A DNA stretch of 36,699 nt from Bacteroidota bacterium (GTDB lineage Bacteria; Bacteroidota; Ignavibacteria; Ch128b), in the NCBI GenBank assembly GCA_018828505.1, contig JAHJVF010000320.1, positions 1-36,699 of the forward strand, in the 5' to 3' direction. Each line of letters begins with the position of its first letter. Positions within the stretch are counted from its first letter, which is position 1. Both the position numbers and the translations under genes were made by a program. The notes under the pieces were generated by a model that searched no databases, was not told the DNA's origin, and saw only the letters and a program-made list of their open reading frames with translations. Positions 1 through 8,500 of this stretch are shown here, piece after piece.

Positions 1-138
1 AGATTTATTTCTAATTTCTTGTCCAAATCTTAAATGCTTTTACGCCAATTTAAGTTTTTAAGCATTAAGTTGGAAATAAAAAACACGAAGTCAAAACATT
101 AGAAACATTTTATCCAAGAACCTCTAAAATGTAAGAAA

Positions 139-2382
139 TTATTTTCTCACACTAAACTTCCCAGATAAGTTACCAACCGTAATACTGAAATCGCCTGGCT
201 CAATAATTCTTTTATTGTCTCTACCGATAAATGAAAGATGATACGGTGTAACTGAAAAAGTCACTGTTTTACTCTCACCGGGATTAAGATATACTTTTTC
301 AAATCCTTTAAGCTGTTTAACCGGCCTCGAGACAGTTCCATAATGATCGCTTAAATATAATTGTACTACCTCTTTACCTGCTATTTTTCCAACGTTCTTA
401 ACTTGAACAGTAACAATTAAATTTTCATCGGGTGAGATTTCATTCTTATCAAATGTCAGATTGCTGAATTCATATTCCGTGTAGCTTAATCCATGCCCAA
501 AAGCCCATTGGGGGTTGTAAGTATTTACGTCAAAAGATTCAATTGGTTTATAATCGTAGTGGACGATCCCATTTGGCTTTCTCGGATAAGTGATTGGAAG
601 TTTACCGCTTGGATTTACATCACCGAATAAAATATCTGCAATCGCTATGCCTCCCTCCATACCGGGCAAAAAGCCAAGGAGAATTGCGGTCACATCCTTT
701 TCAATCTTTTCAATCAAACGGGGTCTTCCCTGAAGCAATACGAGAATAACAGGTTTTCCTGCATTTATAATTTCTTTCGCAAATTTCAATTGGATTTCAT
801 CTAATGTAAGATCATCAATATTTCCCGGACTTTCACAATATGCATTTTCACCTAAGCATAGAATCACCGCATCCGATTTTTTTGCTTCGGATACAGCTTT
901 TTTAATATTTATTTCTTTACCGAATGAAATGCCTTCAACATATTGCACGCGATTTTTCCCGACTTTATCTTTTATGGCTTCCAGAACAGTTTTTTTATCT
1001 TTTGGATAAAGTTTCTCCTCATTTCCCTGCCAGGTTATCGTCCACCCGCCGTTCATTACAGAAAGTAAATTAGCCGTAGGACCTGTGATGAGAATTTTTC
1101 TGTTTCGAGATAAAGGTAAAATTTCATTTTCGTTTTTTGTAAGAATAATCGATTCTCGAGCTGCTTCGAGATTTAATTCGGTGGATTCTTTGGAAGCAAA
1201 CATTTCCTTTAACTCTTGCTGCGGATAAGGATTATCAAATAACCCGAGCATAAATTTTACTTTCAAAATTCTTGAAACAGCTTCATCAATTCTTAACATT
1301 GGCACGCTGCCTTCATTAACCAATTCAACTAGTAAATTATAAAAGCTGAAATCATATGGAACCATACTCATATCAACGCCAGCCATCACAGCCATCCGAA
1401 CAGCTTCTTTCGGAGATTCGGCAACTTTGTCGCGGAAGTGCAATCTGGCAATATCTTCCCAATCTGAAACCACGAATCCTTCAAACTTTAATTCGTCTCT
1501 CAAAATTTCAGTTAAAAGATGATAATCTGAGTGAGAAGGAATTCCATTGACCTCAGAAGAATTTACCATAATTGTCAATGCCCCTGCTTCAATTCCTGCT
1601 TGAAACGGTGGGAGAAAATATTCTCTTAACATTCTTTCAGAAATCCACGCAGGTGTTCTATCGCGTCCGTTTATTGGGAAACTATAACCAACATAATGTT
1701 TTAAGCAAATAGCAAGTTTGTCCTTATTGCCGATATTTGAACCTTGAGCTCCTTTGATATAACTTTTCCCCATCTTACAAGCTAAGTGAACATCCTCACC
1801 AAAAGTTTCCCAGAGCCGAGGCCAAAGTGGTTGCCTCCCTAAATCCATTACCGGATAGAAATTCCATGGAATTCCAGATGCTCTCGTTTCTAACGAAGTG
1901 ACGGCTCCAATTTTTTTTACCAATTCGGTATTCCAAGATGCAGCTTGACTAAGAGGTTGTGGGAATAATGTCGCTCCGAGGGCATAATTTGCACCATGAA
2001 TTGCATCTATCCCGTAAATTATTGGAATACCAAGTTTTGTCTTTTTTGTAGCGATATCTTGAATTTTACTAATTATCTCATGCCAATAGTCAAGAGAGTG
2101 GGCTACATCGAAAACATTTAAAATTGAGCCGACATGATATTTAGTAATTGCCTCGTTGAGTTTGTCCTCATCCAACAAGTGTTTATGATCTACAGTCCCT
2201 TGAGTTTTTGAAACTGCTTGTAATGTCACTTGTGTCATCTGCCCGACTTTCTCTTCTAAAGTCATTTTCGAGATCAAGTTTTGAACTTTCTTATCAATCT
2301 CGCTCAACTGAGATTTTTGCTCATTGATGTTCCCGCCCAAGAATAGTAGTGATATTGCAATTATAAGAAATGCGATTCTCAT
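139..2382 (-). CDS. Glycoside hydrolase family 3 beta-glucosidase (secreted/periplasmic)
   Basis: 747-aa ORF with ATG at 2382 and a signal-peptide-like N-terminus (MRIAFLIIAISLLFLGG). GH3 motifs include KHYVGYS and the nucleophile context GFVVSDWEDI. The C-terminal Fn3-like domain shows FGHGLSYTEYEF and VVQLYLSD. Confidence 0.9.
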   Translation of the reverse strand: MRIAFLIIAISLLFLGGNINEQKSQLSEIDKKVQNLISKMTLEEKVGQMTQVTLQAVSKTQGTVDHKHLLDEDKLNEAITKYHVGSILNVFDVAHSLDYWHEIISKIQDIATKKTKLGIPIIYGIDAIHGANYALGATLFPQPLSQAASWNTELVKKIGAVTSLETRASGIPWNFYPVMDLGRQPLWPRLWETFGEDVHLACKMGKSYIKGAQGSNIGNKDKLAICLKHYVGYSFPINGRDRTPAWISERMLREYFLPPFQAGIEAGALTIMVNSSEVNGIPSHSDYHLLTEILRDELKFEGFVVSDWEDIARLHFRDKVAESPKEAVRMAVMAGVDMSMVPYDFSFYNLLVELVNEGSVPMLRIDEAVSRILKVKFMLGLFDNPYPQQELKEMFASKESTELNLEAARESIILTKNENEILPLSRNRKILITGPTANLLSVMNGGWTITWQGNEEKLYPKDKKTVLEAIKDKVGKNRVQYVEGISFGKEINIKKAVSEAKKSDAVILCLGENAYCESPGNIDDLTLDEIQLKFAKEIINAGKPVILVLLQGRPRLIEKIEKDVTAILLGFLPGMEGGIAIADILFGDVNPSGKLPITYPRKPNGIVHYDYKPIESFDVNTYNPQWAFGHGLSYTEYEFSNLTFDKNEISPDENLIVTVQVKNVGKIAGKEVVQLYLSDHYGTVSRPVKQLKGFEKVYLNPGESKTVTFSVTPYHLSFIGRDNKRIIEPGDFSITVGNLSGKFSVRK

Positions 2383-2462
2383 TTTAACTTACTCGCTAAT
2401 TATTTAATAAAAATTTTATTTAGCATTTAGCCATGTTGGAAAAAGAAAAACTTTTTTGAAGA

Positions 2463-4265
2463 TTAGTTTAATAAAACAAATTTTCGAACATAGGCAAGAT
2501 CATTCACCACAAATTGATATAGATAAACACCCGAGCAAAGCTGTGTATCATCTTTACTTACAGCTTCCCACGTAAACTCATGTAATCCAGATTCCACTGT
2601 TCTAAAATTCTTCGACTCAACTTTGTTTCCGAGTATATCATAAACATTAAATTGAATTTGTCCTCGGTTTGATACTTCATAACGAAACTTTGTGGTGCGA
2701 TTGAAAGGATTTGGAAAATTTTGAAATACTTTAAAAGATTTTGGAAAATATTCTTCATCCAATAAACCAGTTGAAATACTTTCCACAATTATTCCGTTAA
2801 TAAGTGGACGATCAATCAAAGCCGAAAAGTGAATGTCGAGAATTCCATCAGTAACGCTAATATTATTGAAAACTAGATCATAGGCGGTATTTTTTCCTAC
2901 TTGAGCAAAAATGTCGATCGATTCCATTTTATGTGTCTTTTCGATCACCACATCAAACTTACGTGCATCCGCTTGATTAAAATAATTTTCACATGTCATT
3001 AGTATGACTCTATAGTTTCCATTCGGAACACGAATTTTATATTGAGCTAATCCGTGTCGTTCTGATCTGTAAATTGAATCTAAATCTGTTCCATTTATTT
3101 GTATTGATGAAGAAGTATGTGCAACTTGTCCATCTAAATAACCATATTCAGTGTTTACGCTCCATTCTTGATCGGGCAGAAATGCATGCGAAACTCCGCC
3201 ACTTACATTTATTTTTATTGGAAAAGACAATTGTTTTGATTTTATGATCGTAACTGCTCTTGCTGACATCACGTTTGGAATCGGAGCTCGGTCTTTCACG
3301 TTCATTACGATCAGGTTGTATGTGTTGGCATAGTCAAATCCTGAAACGGTTAATTCAACACTTTTAAGATCGGCTCTTAATTTAACATTTGTAATTGTTA
3401 CCGAAGGGATAATATAATTTGAGATAGTTTCTGAACTAATTAAATCTAACTCCTCGGTAAAGTTTGCGATGATTTTGTCATCAGTTATTCTTGCAGAAAG
3501 AAGTGAGGGTCCTTTCAAATCAACATAGCCAATATTTGTACTATTGGTTAAACATAGTATCATCAATCCATCTTTAAAAATTACGTTTTCCTGAATAAAA
3601 TCGGAGTTATTTCCACCCCATGTGTGAGTTGCCTTTTCCCATCTTGATTGATCCCATGAATCAAAGTTGTCTGTCCAAACATGTGTAAAATTGTTTCCGG
3701 TGCCATAGTTACCTGATCCGGGCGTGTATGAATAATAGCTCACCCAATCATAATAAGCGAATGCAGGAAGAACATTCGGATCCCAAGACCCAACCCAATT
3801 CGGATATTCGGGGATCCAAATATTCATCATTATCTTTTGCGCCCGGTTGAGAGTTTGAATGTGTGCACCTGTCTGACGATAGACTTCCGTTCCATCTATA
3901 AACCAAGCTACATACGACGGAGTCCATTCAAAAGCATAAACATGAAAATCCAAGTGTGGATTAAAGTCAACGAACTGATAACGAACGTGATTAGCTTGAT
4001 TTGCAGTTATTGTATTGAACTGGATAATGTCCAAATACCTCCCCAGTATTTCAATGTCTATTTCATTCCATTCACTTAGGTTTGAAATTTCATGGTATGT
4101 AAAGAAAGATGAAAGCATTCCCTCGCGGTGTGCGGATTTAATTTTTGCCTCAAAGCGTCCATAAACGTATGCAGTTTTTGTTCTTAATTCTGCACCTTTA
4201 AAATCTTTTGAGATTGACAACATTGGTAACAACAGAACCATAAATAAATAAAATATTTTCTTCAT
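2463..4265 (-). CDS. GH16 lichenase-type beta-1,3-1,4-glucanase with malectin-like carbohydrate-binding domain and T9SS C-terminal sorting domain
   Basis: 600-aa ORF with ATG at 4265 and a signal peptide. The catalytic motif WNEIDIEILG (EIDIE encoded at 4050-4064) lacks the extra residue of laminarinase-type EIDIME. Flanking blocks resemble Bacillus lichenases (GMLSSFFTY, FHVYAFEWTPSYVAWFIDG, KIMMNIW, YYDWVSY). A mid-region malectin-like block reads YRSERHG..YKIRVPNGNYRVILMTCENYF. The tail FQNFPNPFNRTTKF...GVYLYQF is a TIGR04183-like CTD. Confidence 0.88.
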   Translation of the reverse strand: MKKIFYLFMVLLLPMLSISKDFKGAELRTKTAYVYGRFEAKIKSAHREGMLSSFFTYHEISNLSEWNEIDIEILGRYLDIIQFNTITANQANHVRYQFVDFNPHLDFHVYAFEWTPSYVAWFIDGTEVYRQTGAHIQTLNRAQKIMMNIWIPEYPNWVGSWDPNVLPAFAYYDWVSYYSYTPGSGNYGTGNNFTHVWTDNFDSWDQSRWEKATHTWGGNNSDFIQENVIFKDGLMILCLTNSTNIGYVDLKGPSLLSARITDDKIIANFTEELDLISSETISNYIIPSVTITNVKLRADLKSVELTVSGFDYANTYNLIVMNVKDRAPIPNVMSARAVTIIKSKQLSFPIKINVSGGVSHAFLPDQEWSVNTEYGYLDGQVAHTSSSIQINGTDLDSIYRSERHGLAQYKIRVPNGNYRVILMTCENYFNQADARKFDVVIEKTHKMESIDIFAQVGKNTAYDLVFNNISVTDGILDIHFSALIDRPLINGIIVESISTGLLDEEYFPKSFKVFQNFPNPFNRTTKFRYEVSNRGQIQFNVYDILGNKVESKNFRTVESGLHEFTWEAVSKDDTQLCSGVYLYQFVVNDLAYVRKFVLLN

Positions 4266-4311
4266 TTCAGGTTCTTTCTTTCAGAAGGAGTAATACTGAC
4301 ATAATTCGAAT

Positions 4312-5343
4312 TCAAAAATTAATCCCTAATGTAAACTTCTGTATATTTTTCAATCTTCCAAAATCTTGATATGCATAATCTAATTTTATTGCAAGATTCC
4401 CAACTATAAATTGTTTCACACCAAAGCCGAGCGTGAATGACTCCTCTGAATCCTTTAAGAAGAGAGATTTATACCCGCCTCTTATCGAAAACGCTCGATA
4501 GAAATTAAGTTCTGCACCAAAATTCACACTTTCATAATTATCGCTTGGATGCATTGCATCTAAAGCAAGTATTAAATCATAGTTCGCAGTTTTAATTGGA
4601 CAGTACGCCACGCCAACACGGAAATTCAAAGGCAATGCCCATTCGTTTGTTTCTAAATAAGCTGGAATTTTATCATTGTTTCCAGTGCCTTCCGGGTCTA
4701 AATCATGAAGAACGAGGTTCGAGTTTCCCAATAACTGCATCTTGGTCCCAAAATTAGAAATTGACATTGCCAAAATCATTCCATCAAATGGAGTAACATA
4801 TTGCACACCCATATCAATTGCAAAAGCCGTGGCATTCATTTTCCATATCGATTGATAAACAAATTTAGGATTAAAACCAATTGAGAATCGATCTGTTAGA
4901 TTAATAGCATACGCAAGACTTATCGCCATATCATTAGCAGTGAAAACTTCGCCTGTTCCATTAGGTTCTTCTATGGTAGTTACTTTCATATCTCCATAAT
5001 TCGAGACAGTAAAGCTCAATCCAACGGTTCCAATGTCACCAAGCTTATAAGTTGCCGCGAGGAAATTATAATTTATTCCCGCAAACCAATTGGTGTGATC
5101 GAACATAATTCCAATGCCATCTAATTTTGCTAATCCGGCAGGATTCCAAAAAATTGAACTTGGATCGTCAGATACTCCAACAAAAGCACTTCCCATAGCA
5201 GTGGCTCTTGCGCTCTGGCCGATCGATAAAAATTGAGCTGCAGTAGTTCCTTTCTTAGAAACATCGGAAATAAATCCTTGTGAAAAAATCATCGAGTTGA
5301 ATATTGTTATGCCTAAAACTGTGATAATTAATTTTGTCTTCAT
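4312..5343 (-). CDS. PorV/PorQ-like outer-membrane beta-barrel protein
   Basis: 343-aa ORF with ATG at 5343 preceded by GGAGA, 11 nt after the upstream stop. It has a signal peptide (MKTKLIITVLGITIFNSMIFSQG). The N-terminal motif GQSARATAMGSAFVGVSDDPSSIFWNPAGLA is typical of the PorV/PorQ (UPF0164-like) family. Alternating beta-strand pattern, and the C-terminal residue is Phe. The family call is by eye only. Confidence 0.55.
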   Translation of the reverse strand: MKTKLIITVLGITIFNSMIFSQGFISDVSKKGTTAAQFLSIGQSARATAMGSAFVGVSDDPSSIFWNPAGLAKLDGIGIMFDHTNWFAGINYNFLAATYKLGDIGTVGLSFTVSNYGDMKVTTIEEPNGTGEVFTANDMAISLAYAINLTDRFSIGFNPKFVYQSIWKMNATAFAIDMGVQYVTPFDGMILAMSISNFGTKMQLLGNSNLVLHDLDPEGTGNNDKIPAYLETNEWALPLNFRVGVAYCPIKTANYDLILALDAMHPSDNYESVNFGAELNFYRAFSIRGGYKSLFLKDSEESFTLGFGVKQFIVGNLAIKLDYAYQDFGRLKNIQKFTLGINF

Positions 5344-5354
5344 TTTTATCTCCG

Positions 5355-8300
5355 CTATTTAATAAGTGCAAATTTGCCAATGTGTTCGCCGATACCTGTG
5401 GCTTCGACATGATAAACATAAACGCCATAGGCAGCATCCATACCGTCTTCGGTTACTAAGTTCCACGACAAGGTTCCATCCATTGCATTCGAATCTTTTT
5501 GTAGAGTTTTAACCAAAGCTCCGGCAATTGTGTACATTCGTATTGTACATTTGCTTGGTAAATTGATAAAATCAATTTTTCTTTCTCCTCTTCCCGTTGA
5601 ATTTAAGTTTCTTCTTTCCCAAGAAGCGGCTCCTAAATAAGGATTCGGGACAACACTGATTTTACTCAATAGTTGTTTAGCTAAACTCAAATCAACTGAA
5701 ACGGGTTTTGTCGCGAAAATAAAGTAATCGCCTGTTTTAAAGGACTTAGTCGTTTTAATAAAATATTTATCCCCAGCTGCAGGTTCAACTGGTGTTATAC
5801 TTGGATTAAATGGTTTATTGTAGAGTACATTCCATGTAATTCGGGAATTAGCTACAGAAGGTGTTCCTACAAACTCTAATAACTGAATAACATCTCCAAA
5901 ACTGAGTGCCCCGGATTTATCATTATCTCTCACAGCAACTTTGGTATATGCGCCGTTAGTTTTATTTAACACTCTGAAATTAATTGGAAACTTCGTATAA
6001 AACGGAGGAGCATGAAAATAAGATGTATCTACCGGTGAATCAGAAAACTGGATCTCATAATCGTATGGCCATAACACTCCTTTTGAGGTTGTATCTCTCA
6101 AAACCATAATATTTAAATTACTCTTTCCAACTGCCCATCCGGATGCAGTATCAATTACCGAAATTACAGTGTCGTTAATTACGGAAATAACCATACCATC
6201 AAATGGTGCACTGAACCGATTAGCTCCGATAAAAGTTGTGTCTAGGTTCTGTAGAAGAGTATCGGTAACGCTCTTATAAGTTCTTATGATATCAAAGGAT
6301 TTTGTGGCATAAGTCGGTAACGGAGTCGTAGATTTAAAAAGCACTTTATATTGTGCACCATCTTTAATTTCTGAAGGATTCAGCACATTAATTTTTAATG
6401 ATCCGGTGCCAACACCATCAGCAACTCTCTTAGTATCTCCGAGAATTTCAGGGGGGATATATCCTGCCGCTGCCGCATTAGGCGTAACTACGGCACAATT
6501 GATATCAATAAATTGAACATTCCCGGCAAAATCTTCTGAGATTATTTTTATACATTCAGTGGGTTGTAATCCTGTTGTGCCAAAATTTGGGTCACCCATA
6601 TCGTACGAAACTAAAGCGTAGTAATAGCGAACTCCATTCTTAACGTCTGTGTCGATAAAAGAATGTTGAAGTCCGGTATCGTCACCTCTCCAGAAACGTG
6701 CTCCATTTATTCCAACAGGATCCGGCCCTTTGATCCCATCAACTAAATCAAATTGCGCAATCGGTTTCCAATAACGTGGGGTACCTTTTGAATCAGTTAT
6801 TATTTTAATATCATTAAACTCTGCTTCAGTGCTTCGATATACTAGATATCCTTCAAAATCTTTTTTATAACCCAACCTTGGATCATTTTTTTCAAAACCT
6901 AAAAATGGGTCCCTTGATTCTTCTGCAACTTTATCCCAGTATAGAAATACTTTCCCATCTCCTGGAACCGCAGTTAAAGTTGGTTTTAGCGGAGGTTTTG
7001 AAAAATTATAATTTGCATTGTATATATTTTGTACTGTTTCTTTATTGAAGATAATATCATTCAAGTCGTTTCCGAATACGAGAACCATAGAGAATCTTTC
7101 GCGTAATCCCTTCTCAAGCGGGAAAGGTCCTGAAGCAAATACCATGCTGATATTTGCTTTTTGAAGCAGTGTATCAAAATTTAAGTAATTCATCTTCAAC
7201 CACATTGACTCATCGTCTTTTGGCCAGCCACCGCCGGTTCCTCCTTGACCTAATCTGTAAAGAGCAACAGAGGTTAAACCGATTTGATCAGATTCATCCT
7301 TATCAGTAAAATCAAAATTTGGTTCGCCGAATGTGGGAAGTCCATCACCTTCACCCTCATCAGGGCCACGGTATTGAGGATCCCAGGGACCGACACCATC
7401 TCTTCCGAGATCGTCATTTAATGGTTCATTTTCTGCTCTATCCCATTTGCCGTTTCCGTTTAGGTCCGTATAAGGTTTCCAGTCGCCGTCGTTATCAATA
7501 CCATCGTCTCTTCTTTCATCAATCATCCCATCCTCATCATCGTCAATACCATTTAAAGCATTACCTGGACTTTCGAGATAAGCATAACCGTAATATCCAG
7601 TTTTCCATCTATCCGGAGTTCCAAAACCATCACTGTCATAACAATAAGCTAGATCAAGCTTTTTATCAAATGAAGCATTATCATCTTCTGAATCAGCCGT
7701 GCCACCCACACCTGGATCGGTATAAAAACCAAAAACTGTTGTTGGATAATCAAAATCCGATATATTTACAATGTCATAATGCCAGAAAATAATGTCTTCA
7801 GCGAGAACGTGCGACCATTGGAATCCTCTCACTTCAACTCTTAATCCAAGCCCTGCCCGTTCACGATCGGCGGAAATCGGAAAATATAACCACGGTGCAC
7901 GCGAATGTTCTTTATCCTTCGAATCATCCATCACAAAGAATGTTTCGAAGTCCGAATTCATCACACCGCGGCCAAAATAACCATACCAGAATCCATTCCA
8001 ATCCGATGTTAAATCAAGAGCTTTAGGCCATACCTTTGGCCAAGATTTTGGGTCAGTGTTAATTGCAGGTTTCTTAGAAGAAGGGTCGATATAACCAGGG
8101 ACTGGCTCTAATCCCCAAATTTCACCAGTCACAGGATCTTTGTCCATCCATTCACGATAAGAAGTTATCAGCGGGTGTATCTTTTGCTTATTTCCCGGTG
8201 CAATAATTTCAGATGCGATCAAAACACAGACTCCATCCAGATAAGAATGACCTGTCCCTTTCGGCCATTCTCCGGAAGGTTGGTGAGGCCACTGCCCAAC

Positions 8301-8480
8301 TTCACCATTGTTATAAAAAAGTGTTCTGATTAAATTTCCATCCATTAAACCTTCTCGCCGGAACTGGATATGACCTTTGGGATCGTCACGGTAAAGTTGA
8401 ACTTGCCGCGTTGTAGTTTGAGCAAAAGCTGTTAAAGATGAAACGACAATTATTAATAATTCAAAAACTATTTTTCTCAT
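5355..8480 (-). CDS. Large secreted protein of unknown function: novel N-domain, Asp-rich Ca-binding loops, Fn3, beta-rich region, variant T9SS-like C-terminal domain
   Basis: The long ORF in the track starts at GTG 8501, overlapping the TBDR stop. I prefer ATG 8480 (MRKIVFELLIIVVSSLTAFAQ signal peptide), which has GGAGG 8 nt upstream. Asp-rich loops are DDDEDGMIDE, IDNDGDW and DLNGNGKWD. The Fn3-like block reads GDGKVFLYWD...EGYLVYRS...GVRYYYALVSYD. The C-terminus VVPNPY...IRMYTIAG..V...GVYVYHV...KFALIK resembles a T9SS CTD with an insertion. Confidence 0.75.
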   Translation of the reverse strand: MRKIVFELLIIVVSSLTAFAQTTTRQVQLYRDDPKGHIQFRREGLMDGNLIRTLFYNNGEVGQWPHQPSGEWPKGTGHSYLDGVCVLIASEIIAPGNKQKIHPLITSYREWMDKDPVTGEIWGLEPVPGYIDPSSKKPAINTDPKSWPKVWPKALDLTSDWNGFWYGYFGRGVMNSDFETFFVMDDSKDKEHSRAPWLYFPISADRERAGLGLRVEVRGFQWSHVLAEDIIFWHYDIVNISDFDYPTTVFGFYTDPGVGGTADSEDDNASFDKKLDLAYCYDSDGFGTPDRWKTGYYGYAYLESPGNALNGIDDDEDGMIDERRDDGIDNDGDWKPYTDLNGNGKWDRAENEPLNDDLGRDGVGPWDPQYRGPDEGEGDGLPTFGEPNFDFTDKDESDQIGLTSVALYRLGQGGTGGGWPKDDESMWLKMNYLNFDTLLQKANISMVFASGPFPLEKGLRERFSMVLVFGNDLNDIIFNKETVQNIYNANYNFSKPPLKPTLTAVPGDGKVFLYWDKVAEESRDPFLGFEKNDPRLGYKKDFEGYLVYRSTEAEFNDIKIITDSKGTPRYWKPIAQFDLVDGIKGPDPVGINGARFWRGDDTGLQHSFIDTDVKNGVRYYYALVSYDMGDPNFGTTGLQPTECIKIISEDFAGNVQFIDINCAVVTPNAAAAGYIPPEILGDTKRVADGVGTGSLKINVLNPSEIKDGAQYKVLFKSTTPLPTYATKSFDIIRTYKSVTDTLLQNLDTTFIGANRFSAPFDGMVISVINDTVISVIDTASGWAVGKSNLNIMVLRDTTSKGVLWPYDYEIQFSDSPVDTSYFHAPPFYTKFPINFRVLNKTNGAYTKVAVRDNDKSGALSFGDVIQLLEFVGTPSVANSRITWNVLYNKPFNPSITPVEPAAGDKYFIKTTKSFKTGDYFIFATKPVSVDLSLAKQLLSKISVVPNPYLGAASWERRNLNSTGRGERKIDFINLPSKCTIRMYTIAGALVKTLQKDSNAMDGTLSWNLVTEDGMDAAYGVYVYHVEATGIGEHIGKFALIK

Positions 8481-8500
8481 TAACTTTACCTCCATTATCA

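Noticed and set aside
29-69. Imperfect 10-bp AT-rich hairpin downstream of the GH3 gene, considered as its terminator
   Set aside because: It has a bulged stem, a 20-nt loop and no U-tract on the minus-strand transcript. It is indistinguishable from chance pairing in AT-rich DNA.
7319-7980. Plus-strand ORFs of 157 aa and 62 aa, rich in His, Arg and Pro, opposite the giant protein gene
   Set aside because: They lie entirely antisense to a long, well-supported CDS. Their odd composition is the mirror image of the Asp/Gly-rich coding strand. They have no start context or recognisable motifs.
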